NCBI GenBank assembly: GCA_050015455.1
Contig: JBEKBJ010000003.1
Coordinates: forward strand, 36,202-100,201
Origin: Candidatus Binatia bacterium
GTDB lineage: Bacteria; Desulfobacterota; Binatia; HRBIN30
Reading direction: 5' to 3'
DNA: 64,000 nucleotides
Position numbers and translations under genes: made by a program. This document shows, one piece after another, positions 9,471 through 19,812 of the stretch. Position 1 is the first letter of the stretch; the number at the start of each line of letters is the position of its first letter. The notes beneath the pieces are model-generated. The model was given only the letters and a program-made list of their open reading frames with translations. It made no database searches and was not told the origin of the DNA.

Positions 9471-12400
9471 CTACTGTAGCAACTCGATCAGCGCCGTGAC
9501 GTCGGCAGCGGTGACATCGCCGTCGCTGTTGAGGTCGGCATCGCTCGAATCGATCTCCTGAAAGATCGCCCCGATGACATCGACCAGCGCCGGCGGTGGC
9601 GTCGGGGTCACGGTGGGGGTGGCGGTCAGCGTCGGAGTGCCGGGGATGGGAGTCAGCGTCGGCGTCGCTGTGTTGGTCGGCCGCCGGCTGCGCGTGGGAG
9701 TTGGTGAGCCCGTTGCCGTGACCGTAGGCGCCGGCGTCGTAGCAAAGCCGGAGTAGAAGCGGCTATACAGCAGCAGATTGCTCGCGGCTGCCATCTGCGA
9801 ATTCGGTTCCGTGTCCCAACAGTACGTCAACGTGGTCACGATCACGCGGCCGGCCCCGTACTGGTACTCCGCCCAGCTCGGGCCGTCGCTGTTGTTGAGC
9901 ACAATGGTCGCATCGTCCGGCAGGTTCGTGAGCACGCCTAGGTCCGTTGGTCCCCAGCTGCTGAAGTCCTTCGGTCCTAGTACGTTGCCACCGAACGGAA
10001 TCCCGGCAAGGTACAAGTGATCAGGGGCGCTGATGTCCTCGTAGTCGTGTTGAGCCACGGCGGAGAACCCAACACCCCCCGGAGCTATGTTCAGCTGATC
10101 GCCGACCAATCCGCCGGCGTTGATCACGGCCACACCGCCGAGCGAGACGAATTGTTCAATGAAGCGGCCTGGCAATACCAGCTGCTGCAGCCAGGCATAA
10201 TTGGTGGCGCCCAATCCCGGCGGGATGTAAACCACCTGATACTGATTGCGGAGTTCGACCGGATCGCTGCTGGCAAGGGTTTGGAATGGTTTGCTTCCGT
10301 TACTTAAGCCCAGAGTCTGCGAGAGGTTGAACACGCAGGCCGCCTGCTCCGCGTCCTGTGGGAACAGGAAGGGAACGCCAGGGGACGGCGGTGTCACCGG
10401 AACGCTGGTGAAGGTCGGCGAAATCGTTGGCGTATCCGACGGCGTCGGCGTGGCAGTATCCTCTGGCACCGGCGTTTCCGAAGGGGTCGGCGTAACCGCC
10501 GGGGTCGGCGTGTCCGTGGCAGTGGGTGAACTCGTTGGCGTGAATGTCGGTGTCGCGGTCGGAGTGAGCGACGCTGTTGCGGTTGCTGTTCCCGTCGGGG
10601 CCGGCGACGGAAATGGGCTTGCGGTCGCACTCGGCGAAGGCGTTGCCGTGGCGGTCGGTGAGGGCGTCGCGGTGGCAGTAGGTGAGGGCGAGGAGGTAGC
10701 GGTCGCTGTAGGCGAAGCCGTCGCGGTCAAGGTCGGTGTCAGAGAGGGCAGCGGCGTCGGAGTCGGGGAGCTGGTCGTTGTCGCCGTCGGCGTGGGCGTT
10801 GGTGTCGGCGAGGGCGTGAGCGTTGGTGTCAGCGAGGGCGTGTACGTCGGTGTCCCCGTGGGGGTGGCGGTGATGGTGGGGGTGTTGGTGAATGTTGGGG
10901 TGTTGGTGGATGTTGGGGTGGCGGTTAACGTCGGGGTGTTGGTGAACGTTGGGGTGCTGGTGAACGTTGGGGTGCTGGTGAACGTTGGGGTGCTGGTGAA
11001 CGTCGGCGTCGGTGGGGTCCAGCAGACTTGGACGAAGACCGTCGTCGTCCGCACCTCATCACCAAGTCCAGAGAGGTGTTGCACGCCAGCCTGCAACGCG
11101 CTTAATTGTTGCCATGCCCACGCCATTCCCGTGCTCGGATTGGTCTTGTAGAGTGTGTTGATATCGGTGTAGGTGGTGGTCGTCGGCGCCGCCGAACCAA
11201 TAAATACCGACCCGCTGAGGTTGATCTGTGGGCTCGCGGAACTTCCGCTTATGCCTCCAACCGAGCGGCTGACCACGTGGACGGTCACCGATGAGATCGG
11301 ATCGGACCGTGGTGTCGGAGCCGTCAGGGCGTAGATGTCGGAACGCGCAATGCCACGGCAGTCCTGACCGCAAAAGACATAGGAGGCGTCGCCATCGTCC
11401 GGCGGCACTTCGCATTGCCAGTTCTGGCTGCACCCGGAGGCCTGGTTCCCGTTTGGAGACTGGCCGGAGCCCGCTGGCACCATCAGCAGGCAGTTTGCAG
11501 GCGAGGTGGGCGTGGGTCCCGGCGTGTCCGTCCACGTCGCCGTCGCGGTTGGGGTTGAGGTGCTCGTTGCGGTCGCCGAGGCCGACGGCGTGGAGGTTGA
11601 GGTCGAAGTGATGGTCGCGGTCGGAGTAAAGGTGGCGCAGTAGCCCGACCCTTGGCACACTGCACCGAAAACCGGGCTGCAGTTGGGCGGACACTGCCCG
11701 CCGCTTGGCGGTCCACATGCGGGATACGGGCACTGGCAACAATCATTCGAGCCCGGAGTGTTAGTCGCCGTAGGCGTATTCGTCGGCGTCGGTGTCTCAG
11801 TCGGCGTGGGCGTATTCGTTGGTGTCGGCGTTTCAGTGGGTGTGTTCGTCGAGGTCGGCGATGCCGTCGGCGTGTTCGTAGGGGTCGGTGTAATCGTCGC
11901 GGTCGGCGTCCAGGTCGCGGTGGACGTGGCGGTACTCGTAGGCGTCGCCGTCGGGCTAAATGTATAGGTTGGTGTCTCTGTGGGTGTGTTTGTTGGCGTC
12001 ACCGTAGGCGAGCTCGTCGGCGTGTCGGTCGGCGTTGCCGTGACCGTTGGCGTCGCGGTGGCCGTGGAGGTTGCAGTGTTTGTGGGTGTCGGCGTCGGGC
12101 TCGGCGTGTAGGTCGGCGTGTCGGTCGACGTGTTTGTCGGCATGACCGTCGGCGTGACCGTCGGCGAGTTCGTCGGCGTGTCGGTCGGCGTGTCAGTCGG
12201 GGTCGGCGTGTTCGTTGCCGTGTCAGTCGGGTTGGGTGTTTCGGTCGGCGTGTCAGTCGGGGTCGGCGTGAACGTCACGCAAGTCCCGCTTGGCCCGTCG
12301 CACCCGGCGTTTGGCACCAGGGTACCAGGGGCGCAGCTGCCGCCCTGGTCAATGTTTGCGCAGGCGCCCACGTACTGACAGCAGTCGGCGTGCACCTGGC

Positions 12401-12545
12401 GTGCAGCGATTTGAACCGCTAATAAAATGGTCAGTGCCGCGATCACGTGGCGCCGCGCGCGACTCTTCACGGCAAGCGTTCGATCGCTGTCCGGGCTGCG
12501 GTGCGATCGTGGCTGCGTGTATTCCACGTGCGTGGACCTGTTCAT
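9471..12545 (-). CDS. Large secreted modular protein: signal peptide, two Cys-rich modules, TP-rich linkers, two globular domains of unknown function, C-terminal dockerin-like repeat
   Basis: The signal-like segment is [27 protein letters not shown]. Two Cys-rich modules are present ([20 protein letters not shown]...; [21 protein letters not shown]...). The C-terminus [21 protein letters not shown] is a dockerin-type repeat. The start is uncertain: ATG at 12545 or GTG at 12470. The longer ORF would run into the hisS start. Confidence 0.65.
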   Translation of the reverse strand: MNRSTHVEYTQPRSHRSPDSDRTLAVKSRARRHVIAALTILLAVQIAARQVHADCCQYVGACANIDQGGSCAPGTLVPNAGCDGPSGTCVTFTPTPTDTPTETPNPTDTATNTPTPTDTPTDTPTNSPTVTPTVMPTNTSTDTPTYTPSPTPTPTNTATSTATATPTVTATPTDTPTSSPTVTPTNTPTETPTYTFSPTATPTSTATSTATWTPTATITPTPTNTPTASPTSTNTPTETPTPTNTPTPTETPTPTNTPTATNTPGSNDCCQCPYPACGPPSGGQCPPNCSPVFGAVCQGSGYCATFTPTATITSTSTSTPSASATATSTSTPTATATWTDTPGPTPTSPANCLLMVPAGSGQSPNGNQASGCSQNWQCEVPPDDGDASYVFCGQDCRGIARSDIYALTAPTPRSDPISSVTVHVVSRSVGGISGSSASPQINLSGSVFIGSAAPTTTTYTDINTLYKTNPSTGMAWAWQQLSALQAGVQHLSGLGDEVRTTTVFVQVCWTPPTPTFTSTPTFTSTPTFTSTPTFTNTPTLTATPTSTNTPTFTNTPTITATPTGTPTYTPSLTPTLTPSPTPTPTPTATTTSSPTPTPLPSLTPTLTATASPTATATSSPSPTATATPSPTATATPSPSATASPFPSPAPTGTATATASLTPTATPTFTPTSSPTATDTPTPAVTPTPSETPVPEDTATPTPSDTPTISPTFTSVPVTPPSPGVPFLFPQDAEQAACVFNLSQTLGLSNGSKPFQTLASSDPVELRNQYQVVYIPPGLGATNYAWLQQLVLPGRFIEQFVSLGGVAVINAGGLVGDQLNIAPGGVGFSAVAQHDYEDISAPDHLYLAGIPFGGNVLGPKDFSSWGPTDLGVLTNLPDDATIVLNNSDGPSWAEYQYGAGRVIVTTLTYCWDTEPNSQMAAASNLLLYSRFYSGFATTPAPTVTATGSPTPTRSRRPTNTATPTLTPIPGTPTLTATPTVTPTPPPALVDVIGAIFQEIDSSDADLNSDGDVTAADVTALIELLQ
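10877..11010 (-). repeat. About seven tandem copies of an 18-bp unit (ggggtgytggtgaaygtt on the + strand) encoding PTFTST repeats
   Basis: Direct reading shows consecutive 18-mers differing at one or two positions. They translate on the - strand as [19 protein letters not shown]. Confidence 0.8.
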
Positions 12546-12604
12546 TGACTTGAAGTACACCCTCTGATACCTAACTCGCCACCCACAGCGCAAGCGCTCC
12601 CACA

Positions 12605-13906
12605 ATGAGAATCGCGTCCGTCAAAGGATTTCACGACATCCTGCCCGACGAGAGCGTCCGTTGGCAATGGATCGAGCAGCAGGCAAGAGAGCTGTTCGCG
12701 CGCTACGCTTTCGCCGAGATCTGCATTCCGATTGTCGAGCGCACCGAGCTGTTCAGCCGCTCGATCGGCGAAACCACGGACATTGTCGAGAAGGAGATGT
12801 ACACCTTCACCGACCGCGACGGTTCCTCGCTGACCTTGCGTCCCGAAGGGACCGCCTCGATCGTGCGCGCCTACGTCGAGCATGCGCTGCACCAGCGCGA
12901 GGCGGTCTCGAAACTCTTCTACTTCGGGCCGATGTTCCGCCGCGAACGGCCACAGAAAGGGCGTCTGCGCCAGTTTTCTCAGGTCGGCGTGGAGGTGATC
13001 GGCCGCGATGATGCCGCCATCGACGCGGAGGTGTTGCTCCTGCTGCACGATCTGCTCGCTGGTGTGCAAGTCCGTGGAGCGCAGATCGAGCTGAACTCGC
13101 TCGGCTGCGGCGCCTGCCGCCCCGGATATCGCGCTGCGCTATTGGCCTATGGTGAAGCGCACCGCGACGTGCTGTGCGAGAACTGCAGCCGGCGTCTCGA
13201 GCGCAACCCGCTGCGGTTGTTGGACTGCAAGGACCCGGCGTGTCGAGAATCGACGGCCGACGCCCCGATGATGATGGATTATCTGTGTGAGGCGTGCCGC
13301 ACGCATTTCGACGCCGTCCGCGCGATGCTGGCGCGTGAGAGCGTGGAACCGCGGCTCAATCCACGCATGGTGCGCGGCCTCGATTATTACTGTCGCACCG
13401 CCTTTGAAGTAGTGGCCGAGGGCTTGGGCGCGCAAAACGCCGTCGGTGGTGGCGGCCGCTACGATGGCTTGGTGAAGGCTCTCGGTGGTCCGGACGCGGC
13501 CGGAATCGGCTTCGCGCTCGGAATCGAGCGGCTGGTGCTGGCGCTCGCCGAGCACGAGCGGATCCGTCCTCAGGTCCCTGAGGTCTTCGTCGCGCCGATC
13601 GGCTCCGTGGCCGAAATGGAAGCCATGCACCTGGCCCACCGCTGGCGTCGCGACGCGATGCGTGTTGAAATGGCCAGTGGGGGCAGGAGTTTGAAGAGTC
13701 AGATGCGCTTGGCTGATAGAGTTGGGAGCCCTTACGTACTGATCCTCGGTGAGGAAGAGTTGGCGGCGCGGTCGTTGACGGTGCGCGACATGGTGGCCAA
13801 GCGCGACTTCCCGAGAGCGATCGAAATGTCTTCGTCTGCGAACGCATTGCGGCAAGCGCTGCTGCAATGCGCGCAGCCGGTAGGGAGCAACGCACGTGAA
13901 CGCTGA
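12605..13906 (+). CDS. hisS: Histidine--tRNA ligase
   Basis: The N-terminus [10 protein letters not shown]...IVEKEMYTF aligns with HisRS motif 1 and the HisA region, and the class II core pattern is present. Confidence 0.92.
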   Translation: MRIASVKGFHDILPDESVRWQWIEQQARELFARYAFAEICIPIVERTELFSRSIGETTDIVEKEMYTFTDRDGSSLTLRPEGTASIVRAYVEHALHQREAVSKLFYFGPMFRRERPQKGRLRQFSQVGVEVIGRDDAAIDAEVLLLLHDLLAGVQVRGAQIELNSLGCGACRPGYRAALLAYGEAHRDVLCENCSRRLERNPLRLLDCKDPACRESTADAPMMMDYLCEACRTHFDAVRAMLARESVEPRLNPRMVRGLDYYCRTAFEVVAEGLGAQNAVGGGGRYDGLVKALGGPDAAGIGFALGIERLVLALAEHERIRPQVPEVFVAPIGSVAEMEAMHLAHRWRRDAMRVEMASGGRSLKSQMRLADRVGSPYVLILGEEELAARSLTVRDMVAKRDFPRAIEMSSSANALRQALLQCAQPVGSNARER

Positions 13907-15674
13907 AGGTTTAGGTAACTGGAAACGCAGCTTGTACTGCGGCGACCTGCGGCTCGCCGATGAAGGTCGAGAGGTGACCGTGATGGGTTGGGTGCACACC
14001 CGGCGCGACCACGGTGGCCTCATTTTCATCGACCTGCGCGACCGTGCTGGGGTCGTGCAAATCGTCTTCAATCCCGAGCGCAGCCAGGTCGCGTTCGAGT
14101 TAGCGCGGGACCTGCGTAACGAATCCGTACTGGCCGTGCGCGGCCGCGTCGGGCGCCGGCCGGCCGAAACGCAGAATCCGAACTTGGCCACCGGCGAGAT
14201 CGAAGTCATGGCCAGTGAGGCCAAACTGCTCAGCCGCGCGCGCAGCACGCCGTTTCCGATCGATGGCGGCGCGGCCATCACCGAAAGCATGCGGTTGAAG
14301 TACCGCTACCTCGACCTGCGCCGACCGGAAATGCAGGAACGGCTCATCTTCCGTCACCGCCTGGTGAAAGCGGTGCGCGACTACTTCGATAGCCAGGGTT
14401 TCGTTGAGATCGAAACACCGATGCTCACGAAGAGCACGCCCGAAGGGGCGCGCGACTACTTGGTGCCGAGCCGCGTCAACCCCGGCTGCTTCTACGCCCT
14501 GCCGCAGTCGCCACAGCTGTTCAAGCAGCTGTTCATGATCGCCGGGCTGGACCGTTATTTCCAGATTGCGCGCTGCTTCCGTGACGAGGACCTGCGTGCC
14601 GACCGGCAACCGGAGTTCACACAGATCGACCTCGAGATGTCCTTCGTCCAGCCGGACGACATCATCACGGTGACCAGCGGCATGCTGGCCGCGGCCTGCG
14701 CCTTGCGGGGCATCGAGGTGCCGCAGCCGATCCTGCGGCTGAGCTACGACGAGGTGATGCGCCGTTTCGGCATCGATAAGCCCGACATGCGCTTCGGGCT
14801 GGAGCTGTCAGATGTGACCGAGATCGCGCGCCGGGTCGAGTTCAAGGTGTTCCGCGAGACGGTAGAAGGCGGCGGCATCGTCAAGGTGCTCTGTGTACCC
14901 GAGGGCGACCGCTTGTCACGCAAGGATCTCGACGGGCTTCCCGATCTCGTTATGCCCTACGGAGCCAAGGGTGTTGCCTGGGTGCGTCTGACCGAATCCG
15001 GCTGGCAGTCCCCGATTGCCAAGTTCATCGCGCCGGCGGACCAGGCTGCGATCGAGCAGGCTTGCGGCGGCCACACCGGGGACTTGCTCATATTCGTCGC
15101 CGACACAGCGAAGGTGGTCAACGACTCGTTGGCCAACTTGCGGCTCAAGCTGGGCGATCAGCTCGGGATGATTCCGAGCGACCGCTACGCCTTCGTATGG
15201 GTGACGGATTTCCCGCTGGTCGAATACTCGGAGGAAGAGAAGCGGTTCGTGTCGGTCAATCACCCGTTCACCGCCGCGCACGAAGAGGACTGGGACCGGT
15301 TGGAGTCGGATCCATTGAGCGTGCAGGCCTTGGCGTACGATGTCGTCCTCAACGGTACCGAACTGGGTGGCGGCAGCATTCGTATCCACCGACCGGATCT
15401 GCAGTCACGTGTGTTCGCCTTGCTCGGCCTGAGCGAAACCGAGGCGCGTGCGAAGTTCGGATTCTTGCTCGATGCGTTGTCGTTCGGCGCGCCGCCGCAC
15501 GGCGGTCTCGCCTTCGGGCTCGACCGGCTCGCCATGCTGCTGTGCGGCGCCACTTCGATCCGCGATGTCATTGCCTTTCCGAAGACCCAGCGTGCCGTGT
15601 GCCTTATGACCGAGGCGCCAAGTCCGGTCGATGCGCGCCAGCTGCGCGAACTGGGATTGAAGTTGAATGAGTAA
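13896..15674 (+). CDS. aspS: Aspartate--tRNA ligase
   Basis: GTG start with AGGGAG RBS, overlapping the hisS stop. N-terminal OB-fold ([21 protein letters not shown]), the class II motifs and a GAD insertion are present. Confidence 0.92.
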   Translation: MNAEGLGNWKRSLYCGDLRLADEGREVTVMGWVHTRRDHGGLIFIDLRDRAGVVQIVFNPERSQVAFELARDLRNESVLAVRGRVGRRPAETQNPNLATGEIEVMASEAKLLSRARSTPFPIDGGAAITESMRLKYRYLDLRRPEMQERLIFRHRLVKAVRDYFDSQGFVEIETPMLTKSTPEGARDYLVPSRVNPGCFYALPQSPQLFKQLFMIAGLDRYFQIARCFRDEDLRADRQPEFTQIDLEMSFVQPDDIITVTSGMLAAACALRGIEVPQPILRLSYDEVMRRFGIDKPDMRFGLELSDVTEIARRVEFKVFRETVEGGGIVKVLCVPEGDRLSRKDLDGLPDLVMPYGAKGVAWVRLTESGWQSPIAKFIAPADQAAIEQACGGHTGDLLIFVADTAKVVNDSLANLRLKLGDQLGMIPSDRYAFVWVTDFPLVEYSEEEKRFVSVNHPFTAAHEEDWDRLESDPLSVQALAYDVVLNGTELGGGSIRIHRPDLQSRVFALLGLSETEARAKFGFLLDALSFGAPPHGGLAFGLDRLAMLLCGATSIRDVIAFPKTQRAVCLMTEAPSPVDARQLRELGLKLNE

Positions 15675-15700
15675 TTGATTGGTTTGCCAGCGCTGGACTC

Positions 15701-16339
15701 ATGAGCCGCCCGCCGCTGCCTCTGCTTTCTCGCTTCTTGATTGCCTGGGTCCTGCTAGCAGTCGCCGGGTGCAATCCGTTTCACCACCCGCCGAAGCTTC
15801 CCGAGCGTGTTGATCTCATTGCCGTGATGCCGATCGAGGCGGCCGAGCATACTGGCGCGACGCCGGCCGAGCACGTAGAAACCTTGCCGCCCGGCGCGCC
15901 GCGCCAGGTGACCGCAGCGGTATATGGCGCTCTCACCAGCTCTTCCGAATGGCGTGTGGTGCCGGACTTGACGGTCGCGCAGGTGCTCACGCACGTGAAT
16001 CGCGAGGGAGATCTGCGTTCGCGGGCCCGTGCGCTCGGCAAAGAGGTCGGCGCCGACGCCGTCGTCTATGGCACGGTGTCGCGCTACGTCGAGCGGGTCG
16101 GAGCGGAGTACGCGGCGCGCGCGCCGGCCGCGGTCGCCTTAACGTTGTATCTGATCTCCGTACGGTCGGGCGAGATTCTGTGGAGCGGCTCGTTCGATCA
16201 AACGCAGCGGCCGCTCACGTCAAACCTCTTCAACTGGTGGCAATTCTGGCGCGGCGGACCGCGCTGGTTCACAGCGCAAGAGTTCACCCGCCTCGGGGTC
16301 GAGCACCTGCTCAAGGATCTCGCGAGCCGGGCGGGGTGA
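15701..16339 (+). CDS. Lipoprotein of unknown function
   Basis: Lipobox LLAVAGC followed by an alpha/beta-looking domain (LIAVMPIE...GADAVVYGTVSRY). Confidence 0.6.
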   Translation: MSRPPLPLLSRFLIAWVLLAVAGCNPFHHPPKLPERVDLIAVMPIEAAEHTGATPAEHVETLPPGAPRQVTAAVYGALTSSSEWRVVPDLTVAQVLTHVNREGDLRSRARALGKEVGADAVVYGTVSRYVERVGAEYAARAPAAVALTLYLISVRSGEILWSGSFDQTQRPLTSNLFNWWQFWRGGPRWFTAQEFTRLGVEHLLKDLASRAG

Positions 16340-16416
16340 GCTGGCCGGTTGTCAGTTGACCCGCCCGAGCGCCGCCGTTAGTTAGATATAGACTGTCGTT
16401 CATGCTGGGGTAGCCG

Positions 16417-17115
16417 GTGGAGTGGCTCGTCGTAACGCTGCACATTTATCGCAAGGTCTTTAGCCGGGCGGCGGTGTTGGCTGTGAAGAACTGGCCTGTA
16501 CTGGGCAGCGTTTTCGTGTACGGCGCCATCTGCATGGTGGCGGCAACATTGTGTTTGCCCCTGGGGATCGCAGGCGGCTTCCTGCTGACGCTGATCAAAG
16601 CCGCGTGTCTTGGTTCGCTCCTGTATCTGGTCGAAATGATCATCCGCACATCGAAGGTCACTTTGGACGACTTCCGCCGCAGCTTTGGCCCCTATCTGTG
16701 GGACGTGGTGGGAATCATGTTCCTGTTCTGGATTGTAACGCTGCTCCGCCCCGCGTTCCTGCAGCTTCCGCAAGGTGAGGTCATCCTGCTCTTCGTCTAT
16801 CTCGCGATCTTCGTGCTGTTCAACGCCGTGCCGGAATTGATCTACATGGGTCATTGCTCCGCGGCTGGGTTGCTTTCGGAGAGTTACGAGTTCATTGCCG
16901 AGAATTGGATCGAGTGGTTTCCGGCCACGCTGCTAGCAGTGGCCGTGATGGCTTTCGTTCGTTCGCTGCCGGTCAGCGGGGCGGGTTTCTACGCGCAAGA
17001 GGCGGTGCTGGCGCTCCTGCTCTACCTCACCATGGTCATGCGTGGCTTGCTTTTCATCGAGCTGCACGGCTCGACGCACCGCGGCCGGGCATTCAAGTAC
17101 CGCATGAACGGCTGA
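16417..17115 (+). CDS. Integral membrane protein of unknown function (multiple TM helices)
   Basis: Several 20-residue hydrophobic stretches. A GC-rich hairpin (gggggagggcccggccgccctccccc) lies just downstream. Confidence 0.55.
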   Translation: MEWLVVTLHIYRKVFSRAAVLAVKNWPVLGSVFVYGAICMVAATLCLPLGIAGGFLLTLIKAACLGSLLYLVEMIIRTSKVTLDDFRRSFGPYLWDVVGIMFLFWIVTLLRPAFLQLPQGEVILLFVYLAIFVLFNAVPELIYMGHCSAAGLLSESYEFIAENWIEWFPATLLAVAVMAFVRSLPVSGAGFYAQEAVLALLLYLTMVMRGLLFIELHGSTHRGRAFKYRMNG

Positions 17116-17309
17116 GCCGAACCTGCTGCTTAGCCTCCTCGGGGGAGGGCCCGGCCGCCCTCCCCCTTCTCGTAGTACGCTGCAGGCGGCTACGCCGCCC
17201 GCTGCCGGAGTCCCTTTCCACCTTCGAGCACGTGCGGGCGCGGCGTTTCGGTCGCCTGGCTCCACGATTTGAATGTTTGCCGCGCTACCAACAGCACCGG
17301 CTCGAGCGA

Positions 17310-17588
17310 TCAGTGGGTCACCACAACGCCGGCGCCGTTGTCCGTGCAACCCAAGCCGACCATCAGATCCACACTGCCGACATCGCCGTCGTTGGCGAGA
17401 AACCATTCCATCGGCCTGCCGGTGTAGCGGGCGATGCGGAACAGCACCTCGGTCGAGGGAATGCGGCCGTTGAGGCAGTTATAGAGCGCCGACAGGCTCA
17501 CGCCGATGTCGTAGGCGAAAGCCTTGGGCTCGTCCGCTACGACCTCTCTCAGCCGCTGCGCCACCAATTGTGCATCTATCCGACCCAT
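17310..17588 (-). CDS. XRE-family helix-turn-helix transcriptional regulator
   Basis: DIGVSLSALYNCLNGRIPSTEVLFRIARYTGRPMEWF is a typical HTH_XRE. Start set at MGRID. Confidence 0.6.
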   Translation of the reverse strand: MGRIDAQLVAQRLREVVADEPKAFAYDIGVSLSALYNCLNGRIPSTEVLFRIARYTGRPMEWFLANDGDVGSVDLMVGLGCTDNGAGVVVTH

Positions 17589-17680
17589 TGTCGTCTTCCT
17601 CCTCTCCGGATCGTCTCTCGGCCCCGGGCCCATCCCGGTCCGCTCGCCCCCGCCCGCTGCGGAGACCCCATCTTTCGGCC

Positions 17681-17714
17681 AAAAAAAAGGCCATCGAACC
17701 TTCGTCCGGTGGCC
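17681..17714 (-). terminator. Rho-independent terminator-like hairpin followed by T8 (read on - strand)
   Basis: The - strand reads ggccaccggacgaaggttcgatggcc followed by tttttttt. It sits inside the 490-bp regulator-ddl intergenic region with no annotated gene immediately upstream. Confidence 0.45.
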
Positions 17715-18077
17715 TTCTCATCCTCAAGGGTTGTGTCGCTTTTCTACGGATTCCCCTCCTTCGGAAGGCCACCAGACACCCAATGCGGCTTAATCTTAGC
17801 GGTGAAGAGCGTCGCCAGCATGGTCGTACCGACCACGCGCGATGCGGCCACATAGGCGTCGCCGCCGCGCACCCGCGCGTCGCATCGCGACTGCTCTTTA
17901 TCTGTGTGATTTGGCGTCTTCATCTGGGAACCCGTTGTCCTCAGTGAGGCGCATTTATCCATAGTCGGGCCCGAGATGCAAGTGGGGCGTTTTTACGCTC
18001 GTTGAACGCGAGTATGCCGAGTCCGAACGTGAGCGCAGCGGAAAACTGTGGTACGTTTCGCTCAAGGAGGTGCGGCG

Positions 18078-19217
18078 GTGACGAGGTCGAAGAACAAGAT
18101 TCATGTGGGTGTGATCTGTGGCGGACGTTCCGGCGAGCACGAGATTTCACTGCGCTCGGCGCGATCTATCGTCGATGCGATCGACCGTGACAGGTACCGC
18201 GTCAGCTTGATCGGAATTGACCACAGCGGGCGCTGGCACCTCCTGGACCAGCCCGCGTTCCGGCGCCTCACCGATGCTGCGCTCCCGGCGCTGAACGGCA
18301 CCGGCAGCGAGGTCATGCTGCTACCGACACCCACGATGGGCACACTGCTCGAGCGCGAGAAACCGGGGACTCCGCTCGGCAAACTCGATGTCATCTTTCC
18401 GGTGTTGCACGGGCCGTACGGCGAAGATGGGACGGTTCAGGGTCTGCTCGAGTTGGCGGACATCCCTTACGTCGGCGCCGGCGTGTTGGGTTCCGCCGTG
18501 GGTATGGACAAGGATGTGCAGAAGCGGTTGCTGCGTGGCGCCGGGGTTCCAGTGGTGCCGTTTGTCGTGACGACACGCGCACGCTGGAGCGCCGATGCCG
18601 TCACGGTGAGCGCGCAGGCATGTGGGCTCGGCCTGCCGCTGTTCGTGAAGCCTGCCAACCTCGGCTCATCGGTCGGGATCACCAAGGTGAAAGCCGTCGA
18701 TGACTTGGCGGCCGCGGTCGCGAACGCGTTGGACTATGACAACAAAGTGCTCATCGAAAAGGGCATCGACGCGCGCGAGATCGAATGCGCCGTGTTGGGC
18801 AACGAAGATGCGCAGGCGTCAGTTCCCGGCGAGATCTGTCCGAAGGCGGAGTTCTACTCGTATGAGGCCAAGTACGTTGACGAGAACGGCGCCACACTGC
18901 TGATTCCAGCGCCGCTCACCGAAGCCGAAGCCACGACGGTGCGAAAGCTCGCGGTGCAGGTTTTCCAGCTGCTCGATTGCGCCGGCATGGCGCGCGTCGA
19001 CTTCTTTCTGGAGCGCGGCACGGGGCAGTGGTACGTGAACGAGCTCAACAGCATTCCCGGGTTCACCACCATCAGTATGTACCCGAAACTGTGGGAGGCG
19101 TCCGGGTTGCCCTACCGAGAGCTGATCGGTCGGCTCATCGATCTGGCGCTCGAACGCCACGCGCAGCGCCGGGGGCTGAAGAAATCGTACACCCCGATCG
19201 CGGCGAAAGTGGAGTAA
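18078..19217 (+). CDS. ddl: D-alanine--D-alanine ligase
   Basis: AAGGAGG RBS 7 nt before GTG. N-domain IHVGVICGGRSGEHEISLRSA and the ATP-grasp core are present. Confidence 0.9.
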   Translation: MTRSKNKIHVGVICGGRSGEHEISLRSARSIVDAIDRDRYRVSLIGIDHSGRWHLLDQPAFRRLTDAALPALNGTGSEVMLLPTPTMGTLLEREKPGTPLGKLDVIFPVLHGPYGEDGTVQGLLELADIPYVGAGVLGSAVGMDKDVQKRLLRGAGVPVVPFVVTTRARWSADAVTVSAQACGLGLPLFVKPANLGSSVGITKVKAVDDLAAAVANALDYDNKVLIEKGIDAREIECAVLGNEDAQASVPGEICPKAEFYSYEAKYVDENGATLLIPAPLTEAEATTVRKLAVQVFQLLDCAGMARVDFFLERGTGQWYVNELNSIPGFTTISMYPKLWEASGLPYRELIGRLIDLALERHAQRRGLKKSYTPIAAKVE

Positions 19218-19243
19218 GCCCGCGCCGACCGAGGTGGGTGCCG

Positions 19244-19726
19244 CTATTTGCGAGCCAACAAGGCCGCCGCCGCCCGCAGGCCCAGGAGATAGCTCTCCGC
19301 ACCAAAGCCGACGATCTGCCCAACGGCAATGTCGGCGATCAGTGAGCGGTGGCGGAAGGCCTCACGTTTGTAGGTGTTCGACAGATGCACCTCGATGACC
19401 GGCAACTCCGTGGCCAGCAGGGCGTCACGGATGGCCACGCTGGTATGCGTGTAAGCTCCAGCGTTGATGACAATGGCGTCTGCCAACTCACGCGCCGCTT
19501 GTATGCGGTCCACCAACTTGCCTTCGCTGTTCGATTGAAAGGTCTCCAGCGCGACACCTAACTCGCTGGCCAACTCACGCAGGTGGCGCTCGATGTCGGC
19601 GAGTGTTTCGCGACCGTAGATACCCGGCTCGCGGGTTCCAACCAGATTCAGATTCGGCCCGTGTAAGATCAGTACACGAAATGCAAGCTGACTCTTCCGG
19701 CTCCGGAGGTTCGTCTTGACGGCCAT
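19244..19726 (-). CDS. aroQ: 3-dehydroquinate dehydratase, type II
   Basis: [19 protein letters not shown]...HLSN motifs; an N-terminal extension of about 15 aa may reflect a later true start. Confidence 0.88.
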   Translation of the reverse strand: MAVKTNLRSRKSQLAFRVLILHGPNLNLVGTREPGIYGRETLADIERHLRELASELGVALETFQSNSEGKLVDRIQAARELADAIVINAGAYTHTSVAIRDALLATELPVIEVHLSNTYKREAFRHRSLIADIAVGQIVGFGAESYLLGLRAAAALLARK

Positions 19727-19772
19727 GGCGGTGCCTTAGCAGAGTCCAAGGGGTTAGGGCCAGCCCAGCCCG

Positions 19773-19800
19773 TGGGGGCTCGGGTGTTCGAGCCCCCACG
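19773..19800. terminator. Perfect 11-bp GC-rich stem-loop (gtgggggctcg-ggtgtt-cgagcccccac) between aroQ and the giant lipoprotein gene
   Basis: The palindrome is seen directly. No U-tract follows, which is common in GC-rich genomes. Likely a factor-independent or bidirectional terminator. Confidence 0.4.
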
Positions 19801-19812
19801 GACTGCAGCAGT

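Noticed and set aside
7200-12400. CRISPR-like periodicity in the repetitive regions
   Set aside because: The periodic units (6, 18 and 84 bp) are contiguous with no unique spacers and lie in frame inside coding sequences. They are coding tandem repeats, not CRISPR arrays.
10246-12422. Several + strand ORFs (301 aa GV-rich; 256 aa Arg/Cys-rich)
   Set aside because: They are antisense to the large - strand dockerin protein, and their extreme low-complexity composition mirrors the TP-repeat coding strand.
13139-14290. 383-aa - strand ORF
   Set aside because: It is antisense to hisS/aspS, which have unambiguous synthetase motifs.
19760-19812. Possible tRNA fragment (GTTCGAGCCCCC resembles a T-arm), a potential integration-site remnant
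   Set aside because: The structure is a simple 11-bp perfect hairpin with a 6-nt loop. No acceptor, D or anticodon arms can be built around it, so it is better explained as a terminator hairpin.
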